A stretch of DNA of 39,643 nucleotides from a virus: UHGV virus genome UHGV-0215940. One strand, written 5' to 3'. Below, piece by piece: positions 10,231 through 21,457 of the stretch (the stretch's first letter is position 1; each line of letters opens with the position of its first letter). The notes beneath the pieces are model-generated. The model saw only the letters and a program-made list of their open reading frames with translations. It was not told the origin of the DNA and did not search any database. The position numbers and the translations under genes were made by a program.

Positions 10231-10536
10231 TCAAATATTTATACCCCCGCCAGAGCTACGGGCAACACTCAAAGACTTCTTACCGCCAGCGCGAGCTTTC
10301 TTACGTCCGCTTTCGGTCTGTGCTTCGTCCTCAGTGGAAACCTCTTTCTCAGGTACGTCAACAATCTGTGCAGCAGGAGTAGCAGCGGCAGCTTGTGGCA
10401 CTTCCACTACCTGTGCCTCACCAGCACCACCAGCCAGACCGCTGGCAACCTGTTTAACAGGACGAGCCACTTCCTTAACTACTTTCTTAACGGACTTAGT
10501 GACTTTCTTCACGGCCTTCTTAATTTTCTTACCCAT
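10231..10536 (-). CDS. 7.3: gp7.3 tail/host-range protein, Lys/Ala-rich
   Basis: 101-aa ORF MGKKIKKAVKKVTKSVKK in the T7 7.3 position. Confidence 0.85.
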   Translation of the reverse strand: MGKKIKKAVKKVTKSVKKVVKEVARPVKQVASGLAGGAGEAQVVEVPQAAAATPAAQIVDVPEKEVSTEDEAQTESGRKKARAGGKKSLSVARSSGGGINI

Positions 10537-10539
10537 AAC

Positions 10540-10941
10540 TTATACCTCCTTAAAGTATACACGCATTGTCTCGCCTTCATGTTTACAGCGGGACACCCAA
10601 TCGCAATCGTGGAGTTCTGCAAGGTACTTAAAGCGTTTCGCTAGGAATCGCTGTAAGCCCTTAGAGTCTGCCTCAGGATTAATAACAACGGACGTTATAT
10701 CCAGAATGTCTCCCTTGTGGTGAATTTCACAGCTTACACACCACGCGAAGTACGCTACATGTTTTCCGGTAGAGTCCAGAATGTACTCTTCACGGCAACC
10801 AGACATGTCCATTACTTCGTCCACGTAGAGGCTGTAGCCAACAAAGTGTCCTTCGAATCCCTTAGGCAACCCAAGGTGCTCTACAGTCCACCGGATTGCA
10901 CGGAAGCGGCTTTTGGCTTCCACACATGTGAACTCAGGCAT
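10540..10941 (-). CDS. 7: gp7 host-range/virion protein
   Basis: 133-aa ORF, same length and position as T7 gp7. Confidence 0.85.
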   Translation of the reverse strand: MPEFTCVEAKSRFRAIRWTVEHLGLPKGFEGHFVGYSLYVDEVMDMSGCREEYILDSTGKHVAYFAWCVSCEIHHKGDILDITSVVINPEADSKGLQRFLAKRFKYLAELHDCDWVSRCKHEGETMRVYFKEV

Positions 10942-11207
10942 TACTTCTTACCTCCGAATGCAGACTTACGGATTGAAGATTTCATACGAGCGGAGCCAGT
11001 GCCAGCGGCTTTAGACTTCGCTACGGAATCATCGCGTTCGACCTTGAGGTCTTTGCGTCCAGACACTTCGGTGCCTTCGGTATCCGTCTCATCAGAAGAC
11101 CCACCGAACTCCACGCTTGACACTTCTTGTGTCAGTGGCGCTGGCTCAACGGCTCGAATCTGATTGGTATCCATCTTCGGAACTTTAACTTTCGGTGAGA
11201 AACACAT
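10941..11207 (-). CDS. 6.7: gp6.7 virion protein
   Basis: Start set at the internal ATG (MCFSPKVKVPKMDTNQIRAV), 88 aa, matching T7 gp6.7. Confidence 0.85.
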   Translation of the reverse strand: MCFSPKVKVPKMDTNQIRAVEPAPLTQEVSSVEFGGSSDETDTEGTEVSGRKDLKVERDDSVAKSKAAGTGSARMKSSIRKSAFGGKK

Positions 11208-11211
11208 AAGG

Positions 11212-11466
11212 TCAATCCTCCCCATCATCTCTTAGTTGTTCCTTGCGTAACTCAATCTCGTCAATGACGTTAGAGGCATACTGTAGGCCCTGAATGAAAC
11301 CCAAGATGTGGGCTTCACTACAGCCATTAGCACGCATAAGTCCTATATGACCAGACGCTTCGAGATACGCATAGTTGAATCGAACCTGTAGATACTCAGC
11401 GGTTGCACGAGGTACATCTGGAATATCGTTAGGGTTCTTAAGTAATTGGTTAATAGGTGTTAACAT
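11212..11466 (-). CDS. 6.5: gp6.5
   Basis: 84-aa [30 protein letters not shown], directly downstream of phi6.5/R6.5. Confidence 0.85.
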
Positions 11467-11469
11467 AAT

Positions 11470-11520
11470 AAAGATTCCTCTTAGAGTTAAATCTTAAAGT
11501 AATAATCATAAAGGCCCCTA
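11470..11520 (-). promoter_or_regulatory. RNase III processing hairpin R6.5
   Basis: interrupted stem-loop with the cataaaggcc motif, just downstream of phi6.5. Confidence 0.6.
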
Positions 11521-11543
11521 TCTCCCTATAGTGAGTCGTATTA
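11521..11543 (-). promoter_or_regulatory. T7 RNAP promoter phi6.5
   Basis: tctccctatagtgagtcgtatta. Confidence 0.9.
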
Positions 11544-11598
11544 ATTTAGGGACCTTGAGTTTATCACTTAGTGTCGTGTAACGACTTGATTATTCGGG

Positions 11599-11676
11599 CT
11601 AAGTCCCAAAGGCCCATGCAATGAGGCCCATTCCGAGAACACAAAGACCAATGCCAATATACGCTACGGTCTCCAC
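11599..11676 (-). CDS. 6.3: Candidate gene 6.3: small hydrophobic peptide (VETVAYIGIGLCVLGMGLIAWAFGT) with a GTG start and AAGGAGA SD 7 nt upstream
   Basis: SD plus GTG overlapping the gene 6 stop; an alternative frame (MGLWDLARIIKSLHDTK) follows. The two pieces together would make 37 aa, the T7 gp6.3 length, so a frameshift relative to T7 is possible. Confidence 0.3.
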   Translation of the reverse strand: METVAYIGIGLCVLGMGLIAWAFGT

Positions 11677-12566
11677 AGGTAAATCTCCTTGTCAATAAAG
11701 TTGTACTCGTTGAACCGCAGGATGCGAGCCATCTGGCCCTGTTTAATAACATCCTCTTCGGTCATACCAGCCTTAGCTCCAATGGACTTAATGCAGTCCC
11801 AAAGCGTCTCATGAGGCTCAGGGTCGCGTTTAACCCACTTAGTTACCTCTTGGCCTTTGTTCTTCCCAGACTTAAGCACAGACGTTTTAGGCTCGGTAAT
11901 GAACGGGTTATTCAAGAAGTCCTCGGCAGTATCGCCCCACCCAGCAATCCCTGAGTAACCATCGGTGATGTCACCCTTGATTGTCTGGAAGAGGTGCCAC
12001 CAGTCAGCGGACTCTTCGGTCTGAGTCAGGATGTTACCAGTGGTACACCACAAGAAGTCACAGTTAGGGATGGTCTTAAAGTCCTTATCGCACGAGATGA
12101 TTACAGCCTTACGAGCGCCGAATGCAGACGGATTGGAAGCAATAACTCCCATAACGTCATCACCCTCAAGCATCGGCTCACGGATGCAATAGAACTCTTC
12201 TCGTTCAAAGAGAGCCTCAAGGAACTCAAAGTAACCTACAGGTTTCTTGGTGGCCTTACGGTTAGCCTTGTAGTTCGGGTCAACCAGTTCTTTCCGCCAG
12301 TTAACACTATCGGTGAACGCAAGGACAATCGGAGCACCTACCCAAGCCTTCTTACGTGTCTCGTAGGACTTAATGGAATCCTCAAGAATCTGACGTGCCT
12401 TAGCGTGGTCACAGCAGCGGTGCCAAATCTCTTCCTCCCATGAGGCATCAAACTCAGCAGCACTCATCGCTTGGAAGACTAGCCAGTCACCATCCATAAC
12501 AAGGATACCTTTGTCGTTACAGCCTTCACGTAACTCGTAGAATTGTTTTAGGTCAAGAAGTGCCAT
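11664..12566 (-). CDS. 6: 5'-3' exonuclease (gp6)
   Basis: 300-aa ORF MALLDLKQFYELREGCNDKGILVMDGDW; FEN-like; T7 gp6 is 300 aa. Confidence 0.95.
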   Translation of the reverse strand: MALLDLKQFYELREGCNDKGILVMDGDWLVFQAMSAAEFDASWEEEIWHRCCDHAKARQILEDSIKSYETRKKAWVGAPIVLAFTDSVNWRKELVDPNYKANRKATKKPVGYFEFLEALFEREEFYCIREPMLEGDDVMGVIASNPSAFGARKAVIISCDKDFKTIPNCDFLWCTTGNILTQTEESADWWHLFQTIKGDITDGYSGIAGWGDTAEDFLNNPFITEPKTSVLKSGKNKGQEVTKWVKRDPEPHETLWDCIKSIGAKAGMTEEDVIKQGQMARILRFNEYNFIDKEIYLWRP

Positions 12567-12711
12567 TAAGTTTCTCCTCTAGCTCAGCCACGTATTCGTC
12601 AGCTTCCATTAGTTGATTCTTAAGGCTATCGTTCTCACGTTCCAGAGAGTCGATGTAGCCCTGCATATCGTTCCACACATCGCGCGGAATAGTCACAAGG
12701 TCACGAGACAT
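12553..12711 (-). CDS. 5.9: gp5.9 RecBCD inhibitor
   Basis: Internal ATG gives the 52-aa MSRDLVTIPRDVWNDMQGYIDSLERENDSLKNQLMEADEYVAELEEKLNGTS; TAATG overlap with 5.7. Confidence 0.85.
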   Translation of the reverse strand: MSRDLVTIPRDVWNDMQGYIDSLERENDSLKNQLMEADEYVAELEEKLNGTS

Positions 12712-12920
12712 TAGACACAACCTCCCATTCGTTTCAGAAAGCGAGTACCAGAAGCAGTAATTTCCCAAGCGCCACCGTTACGTCCACTAGTGGTCAGGCA
12801 CGAGATGTGTCCACGGGAAGCGGCCTCAGCTACGAGGCTCGCATTGTTCCGTACATAGTTGGACTGGAAAGTCTTAGGGCAACTTTTGATTGCTTGCAGC
12901 ACTTTCAGATAGTCAGACAT
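12711..12920 (-). CDS. 5.7: gp5.7
   Basis: 69-aa ORF MSDYLKVLQAIKSCPKTFQSNYVRNNASL. Confidence 0.85.
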   Translation of the reverse strand: MSDYLKVLQAIKSCPKTFQSNYVRNNASLVAEAASRGHISCLTTSGRNGGAWEITASGTRFLKRMGGCV

Positions 12921-13219
12921 CAGAACACCTCCCGTACAGTTGCAGGAGATAGTTTGAAGGAGTCCTTATCGGCATACTCTTCATGCATGTCCTTGATTGC
13001 CTCGCGGAAGGATGTACGCACTACGAATGTCATCAAGCCTTCCATACCGTGTGTCAGGAACTGGACAATCATTTCCTTCTGTTTACCATTGGGGACAATT
13101 GCACCTGAGCCTACCTGCTTACATAGATGCAGCATGTCTTTCTCTAAGATTGCCTGAACGTCAGACGACATCTTGGCGGTAACGTCGAAGGACACTTTAA
13201 ATTTCTTGGTGATAGCCAT
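12920..13219 (-). CDS. 5.5: gp5.5 (H-NS binding protein)
   Basis: ATG at 13217-13219 with AAGGAGA SD; 99 aa MAITKKFKVSFDVTAKMSSDVQAILEKD; T7 gp5.5 is 99 aa. Confidence 0.85.
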   Translation of the reverse strand: MAITKKFKVSFDVTAKMSSDVQAILEKDMLHLCKQVGSGAIVPNGKQKEMIVQFLTHGMEGLMTFVVRTSFREAIKDMHEEYADKDSFKLSPATVREVF

Positions 13220-13238
13220 AATAATTTCTCCTTTAGAA

Positions 13239-15353
13239 TTAGTGACATACGGCCCAATTAGGACCCATCTTACCTTCGGTATCCAGAAGACACCGGAAGT
13301 TCCAGTGGTCTCCAACCCAGCGCATTGCTTCTTGTGCGGTCTCAATGACCACCTGAGCAATCTCTTCGGTACGACAACCTACTTGGATTTCGTCGTGTAC
13401 CCATGCCATGTACGCAAAGTCCCCATCCCAGCCGTGCTTCAAGCCTTTCTCTACGAGCATCTCTTCGGTCTTGATAATCCACAGTTTGCAGATGAGGGCA
13501 CCAGCGGATTGCAGTAGGGTATTCAGGGCAGCGTGAGGACTACGAACGTGTACCTTACGACCATCCAGACCTTTAATCCAGCGGCGTTTCCACTTGACTT
13601 GCTGTTCACCTGCTACCCACTGAGAGGACTCGACAAGTGTCTGTTGGATAGACTCTCGGAGTGCTGCAATCGCAGGGGTGTTCTCAAGGAATTTCTTCTT
13701 GAGTTCCTTACCGCGCTCTTTACCAGCACCAACAATCTGTCCAATCTTCTCATCACCAGCACCATAAAGGAACCCATAGATGAACGTCTTAGCGTTATCA
13801 CGGGTAGGTAGTTCAGCAGCCATCTGGTTCTTAGTGTGGATGTCACCATTAAGAATCTCGTGAGCGTACTCACCGTTATCAAAGCGAGCCATAAAGTGGG
13901 CCAAGCAGCGTAGCTCCAGACCGGAGGCGTCTATACCTGCCTGAACCCAAGGCTTACCAGTAATACCATCTAGGTGATGTTCAGCGCCAAAAGCAGCGCG
14001 GCACTTATCACCATAAGGAGAATGGACACCGGGTATCTGTGCGAGGTTAGGGAAAGCATGAGTAGCGCGCCCAGTAACAGCGCCGTTGGGATTAACAGAA
14101 CCATGAATTTTACCATCCTCAGCAACGTAACGAAGCCATGCCTTGTCTCCCTCAGCAGACTGTCCGATTCTCTTCTGAATCATCAGGTACTCTTTAATGA
14201 GGTCGATAGCAGCTTGCTTCTCAGGGTCATCTACACGTACTCCTTCGAGTACCTCATCGTCCACCACAGGAGCACCTTTATCGGTGTACTTCGTGGGGAC
14301 CCACCCAGCCTCTTGGAGTTTCTTCTGGATGTGGTCACGAGACGAAGGGTTAAACACTACGTGCTCCACTGGAGTATACGGAGCGCCGGCAACGTACTCG
14401 CGGGTATCCAGTTCGCAAGGCTCACGGCCTTCTCGCTGTGCCTTGTTCTTAGGCTTCTTAAAGATACCACCAACTTTAGGTGTCTTAATGCGAGGGTATT
14501 TAGGCAGTGGCTTACCTGTCCGTGGATGGCAGAACATCTCAGTGCCACCTTTAGGCTGATACCACGAGCCGAACGTTTCGGTCAATTTACGCAGCAACTC
14601 AGAGCGTCGAGCAGCTAACTCTACGTACAACTCTTCGATTGCTTTAGTGTCAAACGGGAACCCATTGCGCTCTTGCTTAGCGAGCAGCCATGCAGCACGA
14701 TGTTCAACGTCAACGGCCTCAAGTGATTCTGACCAGAACGTAGTGTAACCTACGTCAGTAAAGTCAATCTCAGGAGGGAAGTAATGTTTGTCAGAGAGTA
14801 GCTTCTCAAGGAGAGCTTTAGTGACCACAACGTCCTGAACGTTATAGTCCATCATCTCTTCGTTGAAGTTCCACCACTCCATTCCGTCAACGTATTCTTC
14901 ACCCTGCTCTTCAAGCATACGCTTAAAGTCGTCTTTGTATTCACCCTTCATCTCGCCTAAGCGATAACCCCACGCCTCCAAAGCGTGAGACCCAAAGCGT
15001 TTTCCGGGCAACTTACCGGAACGCAGAAGACCCATATCGGTGTCCTTGAGGTTAGAGTGAATCAAGCGTGACAGCACAAGGGTGTCAATACAGTTCTCAC
15101 GAGGAAGGTGGAACTCTCGGTTCAACTGTAACTTTGCCAGTTTGGTCAATGCGGGAACGTCATACTTGTGACCGTTGTGGAACACAATAAGACCGCCTCG
15201 TGCAACCTCGGCTTCCAGCGCATCCAGATACGCACCGAAGTCACTCGGACGGTAGCTTACGTACTCAGCGGTGGAGTAGTCGTAGATAACCCCGCAGTGG
15301 AACTTAGTGACGCTCTCTAAGAGGGCGTTAGCTTCGATGTCAGAAACGATCAT
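13239..15353 (-). CDS. 5: DNA polymerase (gp5)
   Basis: 704-aa ORF with 3'-5' exonuclease and Pol I family motifs and a thioredoxin-binding region; T7 gp5 is 704 aa. Confidence 0.97.
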   Translation of the reverse strand: MIVSDIEANALLESVTKFHCGVIYDYSTAEYVSYRPSDFGAYLDALEAEVARGGLIVFHNGHKYDVPALTKLAKLQLNREFHLPRENCIDTLVLSRLIHSNLKDTDMGLLRSGKLPGKRFGSHALEAWGYRLGEMKGEYKDDFKRMLEEQGEEYVDGMEWWNFNEEMMDYNVQDVVVTKALLEKLLSDKHYFPPEIDFTDVGYTTFWSESLEAVDVEHRAAWLLAKQERNGFPFDTKAIEELYVELAARRSELLRKLTETFGSWYQPKGGTEMFCHPRTGKPLPKYPRIKTPKVGGIFKKPKNKAQREGREPCELDTREYVAGAPYTPVEHVVFNPSSRDHIQKKLQEAGWVPTKYTDKGAPVVDDEVLEGVRVDDPEKQAAIDLIKEYLMIQKRIGQSAEGDKAWLRYVAEDGKIHGSVNPNGAVTGRATHAFPNLAQIPGVHSPYGDKCRAAFGAEHHLDGITGKPWVQAGIDASGLELRCLAHFMARFDNGEYAHEILNGDIHTKNQMAAELPTRDNAKTFIYGFLYGAGDEKIGQIVGAGKERGKELKKKFLENTPAIAALRESIQQTLVESSQWVAGEQQVKWKRRWIKGLDGRKVHVRSPHAALNTLLQSAGALICKLWIIKTEEMLVEKGLKHGWDGDFAYMAWVHDEIQVGCRTEEIAQVVIETAQEAMRWVGDHWNFRCLLDTEGKMGPNWAVCH

Positions 15354-15371
15354 ATTGATTTCTCCTATTGA

Positions 15372-15779
15372 TTATCGTGACTTAACAATCTCTTCATACG
15401 AGACAACTGTCAAGAAACCTGTGTGAATCATGCTGGTCTTATCGGCAACGATTGCACCGCGTGGAGTAACACCTGTGATGTATGACACTTGTGCATATTT
15501 ACCATTCACTGAGCGGACATAGCCGTATCCACCAACAACTCCCATGTCAACCTTAACCCAATCACCAGCCTTGATGTGGGTCATAGTGTCCTTATCGAAC
15601 ACCTTGTGACTCAATTTGTTAACTTCTGGTTTCTTCCAGCCAGTCTGTCTTGTCCAAGTCCAGCCTAAGTTCTTCAAGATGTGAACAGCGGAGCGGGTCT
15701 TAGCTTCATGGAACTTAACGTCCTCCAGTTCAGCTTCCAGTTTAGCGATTTCTGCTTGGATAACTTTAGGGTCACGCAT
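15372..15779 (-). CDS. 4.7: gp4.7
   Basis: Start at the ATG directly after phi4.7 (MRDPKVIQAEIAKLEAELEDVK), 135 aa. Confidence 0.8.
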   Translation of the reverse strand: MRDPKVIQAEIAKLEAELEDVKFHEAKTRSAVHILKNLGWTWTRQTGWKKPEVNKLSHKVFDKDTMTHIKAGDWVKVDMGVVGGYGYVRSVNGKYAQVSYITGVTPRGAIVADKTSMIHTGFLTVVSYEEIVKSR

Positions 15780-15785
15780 GGTAAT

Positions 15786-15808
15786 ATCTCCTATAGTGAG
15801 TCGAATAG
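15786..15808 (-). promoter_or_regulatory. T7 RNAP promoter phi4.7
   Basis: reverse complement reads ATTCGACTCACTATAGGAGAT. Confidence 0.85.
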
Positions 15809-15814
15809 TATTCA

Positions 15815-15857
15815 TGAAGGCCACCACTTGGGCGACCTTGAGGATACCACTCTTTAG
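15815..15857 (-). promoter_or_regulatory. RNase III hairpin R4.7
   Basis: gaaggccaccacttgggcgaccttgagg, an interrupted stem-loop upstream of phi4.7. Confidence 0.55.
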
Positions 15858-16123
15858 CTATCAATCTTGTCGAGGATAGCCATAGCTTCATTGACGCGAC
15901 CAGCTTCATGAATCGCTGTCACGGCAGCTTTGGTAAGCGCATTGACCAGACGCAGTGCTTGCTCGTCTGTCAACGTCATACGCTGAGTGTGATTCTTGGA
16001 GGACTTAGAGTCCTTCCAGCGGTAAACCATAGTCGCCTTACCGTTGCGAACGTTGATGTGGATTCGACGGTTCCACTGGTCAGCAGTATCGGATAGACGG
16101 ATAGTTTCAGCTACATTTGACAT
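15854..16123 (-). CDS. 4.5: gp4.5
   Basis: ATG at 16121-16123 with AGGAGA SD; 89 aa MSNVAETIRLSDTADQWNRR. Confidence 0.8.
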   Translation of the reverse strand: MSNVAETIRLSDTADQWNRRIHINVRNGKATMVYRWKDSKSSKNHTQRMTLTDEQALRLVNALTKAAVTAIHEAGRVNEAMAILDKIDS

Positions 16124-16142
16124 AATGGTTTCTCCTGTTTGA

Positions 16143-16355
16143 TTACTCAAAGAATTTGGAAAGCTGTTGAGCTTGGTTTGCTACACGGGCAGCTTCGGTA
16201 ACTTTAGTGGATGCACTGTCAGCCAGTTCGTTGGAGCGAATTGCCAGAGCGCGTGACTGTGTGGCCTCTTTACGAGCCTCGTCGTTCAGACGCTTGGCTT
16301 CCACGTTGTACATACGAACCAGAAGTTGGCCTAGTTTCTTAATCAGTTTGAACAT
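16143..16355 (-). CDS. 4.3: gp4.3
   Basis: 70-aa ORF MFKLIKKLGQLLVRMYNVEAKR immediately after phi4.3. Confidence 0.8.
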   Translation of the reverse strand: MFKLIKKLGQLLVRMYNVEAKRLNDEARKEATQSRALAIRSNELADSASTKVTEAARVANQAQQLSKFFE

Positions 16356-16361
16356 GATGTG

Positions 16362-16384
16362 TCTCCTTTAGTGAGTCGTATTGA
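16362..16384 (-). promoter_or_regulatory. T7 RNAP promoter phi4.3
   Basis: reverse complement reads TCAATACGACTCACTAAAGGAGA. Confidence 0.85.
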
Positions 16385-16401
16385 AATCGTCAAGAATCCT
16401 G

Positions 16402-18117
<1,716 letters not shown>

Positions 18118-18149
18118 TCAACAATGCGAACAAAGGGAAACCGTTGTGG

Positions 18150-18172
18150 TCTCCCTTTAGTGAGTTCAATTA
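18150..18172 (-). promoter_or_regulatory. T7 RNAP promoter phi3.8
   Basis: reverse complement reads TAATTGAACTCACTAAAGGGAGA, followed by the ACCACAACGGTTTCCC hairpin. Confidence 0.85.
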
Positions 18173-18604
18173 ATTATTGAGCCACTTTACAGCTTCCTCA
18201 ATAGTCTCGAACGATTTACACTTTCGAATACCATTACGCTGTTTGTGGGCGGAATAAGGCTTTAGCCTGCCTTCTCGGTAGCTAACACCTTTAACTCCTG
18301 TCTTTGAGTCCTTACGACATCCGGTATTGCAGACATTGGTTTGGCGGTCAACTAGGCGAAGGTTCTCAATGGAATTGTCTAACCCATTCCTGTTTATGTG
18401 GTCAACTTCCAGTCCTTCTGGAATCGGTTCTCCTGTTTTGAGTTCCATTATCACCACATGGCACATCACTGCCTTACCGTTTATCCGCATCCTCCAGTAT
18501 CTTCCTTTGTGAATCCACCCAATGGGTTTATCACCTTTGGAGATACCGGAAGGACTTGACGGGTCTATGCGTAAATCACTCATGGTCAGACGTAACCAGT
18601 TCAT
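18170..18604 (-). CDS. HNH-AP2 homing endonuclease
   Basis: 144 aa; HNH motif EVDHINRNGLDNSIENLRLV plus a C-terminal AP2-like GVSYREGRLKPYSAHKQRNGIRKCKSFETIEEAVKW; GGGAGA SD before the ATG at 18604. Confidence 0.85.
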   Translation of the reverse strand: MNWLRLTMSDLRIDPSSPSGISKGDKPIGWIHKGRYWRMRINGKAVMCHVVIMELKTGEPIPEGLEVDHINRNGLDNSIENLRLVDRQTNVCNTGCRKDSKTGVKGVSYREGRLKPYSAHKQRNGIRKCKSFETIEEAVKWLNN

Positions 18605-19031
18605 TCTTCTCCCACCAGCGTTTCAGGTTGAAACTTGGACATGCCTTCGGCGCGACCTCATGATGCGCGCGAAGCACAGCGCCTTCGTACTTAGCCAGCA
18701 ATGTGACAAGCAGTGAGCGTAGGGATTGCATTTGGGCTGGCGTAAAGTTAGCGTCGAACTTACCTTTATCGTCAATACCACCCACAAGGCAGACACCAAT
18801 AGAGTTGTGATTGTGGCCCTTAACGTGAGAGCCTACAGCCATCTCATCTCGGCCTTCCTCCACAGTACCATCGCGCTTGATTATGTAGTGGTATCCCACA
18901 TCGAGCCAACCCTGCTCTTTGTGCCACTGACGAATCTCGCGAACTCCTACATTCTGACTTGGCTTGGTAGCCGAGCAGTGGACAAAGATTGCATCAGTAG
19001 ATTCACGTTGTTTAAACTGTACACGAGCCAT
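18576..19031 (-). CDS. 3.5: Lysozyme / N-acetylmuramoyl-L-alanine amidase (gp3.5), which also inhibits T7 RNAP
   Basis: 151 aa MARVQFKQRESTDAIFVHCSATKPSQNVGVREIRQWHKEQGWLDVGYHYII. Confidence 0.95.
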   Translation of the reverse strand: MARVQFKQRESTDAIFVHCSATKPSQNVGVREIRQWHKEQGWLDVGYHYIIKRDGTVEEGRDEMAVGSHVKGHNHNSIGVCLVGGIDDKGKFDANFTPAQMQSLRSLLVTLLAKYEGAVLRAHHEVAPKACPSFNLKRWWEKNELVTSDHE

Positions 19032-19486
19032 TATTTCTTTCCTCCCTTCGATTGTTTCAGCTTGTCAAATGGCACCTCCTTCTTGGGTTCTTTGAGCCAT
19101 TCTACAGGAATTAATTTGTCAGCAAACAGAATACCATGCTTCTCACACCATTCGCCATAACTGGTCGGAGACCCTTTGTACAGCTTGGTGCGTGAGCTTG
19201 AGAACACCAGACGGATGTCCAGTTCAGGAAACTGTTCGCGAATCAATAAGTGTTTCTTTCGGTCGTCACTCTCCCATAAACCTTTGGTTTCAATAAAGAT
19301 TCCGTTAGGCAGCAGGAAGTCTGGAGTATACATATGGTTGCTCGCAGGGACAACGTAAGGGATTTTCCACAGTTCATAGTCGAACTGAATGCCCTTACCC
19401 TCTAGCTGCTTAGAGACCTTATCTTCTAGGCCGGAACGGAATGTCCCGACCTTTCGGATACCACGCGCAGCATATGCGCCAGCCAC
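19031..19486 (-). CDS. 3: Endonuclease I (gp3), a Holliday junction resolvase
   Basis: 151 aa MAGAYAARGIRKVGTFRSGLEDKVSKQLE...PDFLLPNGIFIETKG; starts directly after the 2.5 stop. Confidence 0.95.
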   Translation of the reverse strand: MAGAYAARGIRKVGTFRSGLEDKVSKQLEGKGIQFDYELWKIPYVVPASNHMYTPDFLLPNGIFIETKGLWESDDRKKHLLIREQFPELDIRLVFSSSRTKLYKGSPTSYGEWCEKHGILFADKLIPVEWLKEPKKEVPFDKLKQSKGGKK

Positions 19487-20185
19487 TTAGAAGTCTCCGT
19501 CTTCGTCTACTTCTTCGGACTCTTCGTCGTCTTCGTCCCAGCTTTCTTCGTCGCGTGGTTTGCTCGCTTTGGCAGAACCAGAGGCAACATAGCCGTTCTC
19601 TTCAACTTCGTCAGCCCAATCGTCTTCACCGCCACCAAAGGTAGCCAGTTCGACCAACATTACGGATTCCAGTTGCAGCTTAACGCTCGCACCTACAGCG
19701 GTGTTCCACTTGTACGGAACCAGAGAGTATTTGACTTTCAGTTTAGAGCCACCGCCGATAATCGGAACGTCTTCCATCTTCTTACCTTTGGAGTCCACCA
19801 CAACCAGATTGATGTGCTTGGTCTCTTTGGTCTTCTTGTCTTGGAAAGACGCATAGCATTTGAACTTAAAGGTAGTCGTACCGTCACCGTTATCGAAGAA
19901 CGGCATGTCGCCTTCATACGGTTTCAGTGGTTTCTTACCACGAGCTACCGCAGGTGGATTCGCTTCGTATTCCTCAACGGCAGCAGCATAAGCCTCTTCG
20001 TGGCACTTCACGATTTCATCGACCATACGCTGGCAGCGCGGGTCTTTGTTGGGAATAGTCAGGTCAACTTTGTAGACACCACGTGGGTTCCCAAAGCCAC
20101 GCTCTTCGTTGCCATAGTCCGGCTTAGCGATGTAAGCGTAAGGTTCAGCAGTACCAAGCGCAGAGGTGAAAATCTTCTTAGCCAT
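19487..20185 (-). CDS. 2.5: Single-stranded DNA-binding protein (gp2.5)
   Basis: 232 aa with the acidic C-terminal tail ...DEDDEESEEVDEDGDF. Confidence 0.95.
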   Translation of the reverse strand: MAKKIFTSALGTAEPYAYIAKPDYGNEERGFGNPRGVYKVDLTIPNKDPRCQRMVDEIVKCHEEAYAAAVEEYEANPPAVARGKKPLKPYEGDMPFFDNGDGTTTFKFKCYASFQDKKTKETKHINLVVVDSKGKKMEDVPIIGGGSKLKVKYSLVPYKWNTAVGASVKLQLESVMLVELATFGGGEDDWADEVEENGYVASGSAKASKPRDEESWDEDDEESEEVDEDGDF

Positions 20186-20230
20186 AATGTTAATCTCCTT
20201 TAGGTTTCGTTTGGTTTCTCAAAGGGAGTC

Positions 20231-20250
20231 TTCCCTAATAGTGAGTCGTA

Positions 20251-20253
<3 letters not shown>
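20231..20253 (-). promoter_or_regulatory. T7 RNAP promoter phi2.5
   Basis: reverse complement reads TAATACGACTCACTATTAGGGAA. Confidence 0.85.
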
Positions 20254-20566
<313 letters not shown>

Positions 20567-20646
20567 ATTCAACCTCTATAGCCCAATACATTAAGCGAAG
20601 TAACGCGCCTACTCCAGCGCAAATTAATCCGAAGTACAGAACATCG

Positions 20647-20874
20647 TTAAGCATAGCGGTTCACCATAACACAGTCATCAGAATACTCATACTCCTCTAC
20701 CTTAATAATCAGACTAGGTGTCTTCTTATAAGCAAACGGTAGGAGGTCACTATCACAATACTCACTGTGTCCTAGCGAGAACATCAACATACCCATGCGC
20801 AGCGCCTTGTATGCACGATAAAACCTGTGCGCTCTACGCTTCACCGATGCAGCTTGAAGTTCTTCACGCGTCAT
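20647..20874 (-). CDS. 1.8: gp1.8-position protein, 75 aa (longer than the T7 homolog)
   Basis: ORF overlapping the 1.7 end in the T7 1.8 position. Confidence 0.6.
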   Translation of the reverse strand: MTREELQAASVKRRAHRFYRAYKALRMGMLMFSLGHSEYCDSDLLPFAYKKTPSLIIKVEEYEYSDDCVMVNRYA

Positions 20875-21457
20875 AGCACTTATCCTTATGTTTCTCGTAC
20901 AGTTCGCCGTAGAACCCAGCTTTCGCCATGTCCTTCTCTAAGTAGGCCAGTTCTGACTTCTTACCAGCACGTAGGCGATACTTAAGGATGTTCCCTAAGC
21001 AATACCCCTTGAACTGCTCGCTGGTCATCGAACGGGCAATCACTTCGATAGCCTCAATGTCGTCGAACAGCATGTAATGGGATGGTTTAGTAACACCTTC
21101 GATTGACTCAGCGGAAGGCTGGTCATCTGTCGGAGTTACCTCAAGTTTATTCAGATGAGGTTTACGTGGGTCCATCGCTCTGATTTCACCTAAGGTAATG
21201 TGCGCATCGTTTGTTACAGGGCACTCACCGCAAGGTACTCCAGCGCAGAACAGGCCGCAACCAGCCGTGTCACCAGAACGACCTTCGTTATTATCAATCA
21301 ACTTAATGATAATCTCTTGTTCACGTTCGGTCATATTGTTAACTCCTTTGTTACAAGTATGTGGATAACGGTCATCTTTCTCTAAGCAAGCTATACACCC
21401 AGCTGCTTGTACTGGAGGGTTTTCTTTCTCCCAATCTGCACCATCTAACAGTCCCAT
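20864..21457 (-). CDS. 1.7: gp1.7 nucleotide kinase
   Basis: 197 aa, Cys-rich central region; T7 gp1.7 is 196 aa. Confidence 0.85.
   Translation of the reverse strand: MGLLDGADWEKENPPVQAAGCIACLEKDDRYPHTCNKGVNNMTEREQEIIIKLIDNNEGRSGDTAGCGLFCAGVPCGECPVTNDAHITLGEIRAMDPRKPHLNKLEVTPTDDQPSAESIEGVTKPSHYMLFDDIEAIEVIARSMTSEQFKGYCLGNILKYRLRAGKKSELAYLEKDMAKAGFYGELYEKHKDKCYDA

Noticed and set aside
12553-12768. N-terminal extensions reported by the ORF track (e.g. 12553..12768, 15372..15827, 20251..20514, 10941..11228, 12920..13360, 32486..32764)
   Set aside because: These tracks begin at GTG/TTG or at upstream ATGs without an SD. Internal ATGs with good SDs and stop-start overlaps (TAATG, ATGA) give products of the canonical T7 lengths, so the shorter forms were annotated.
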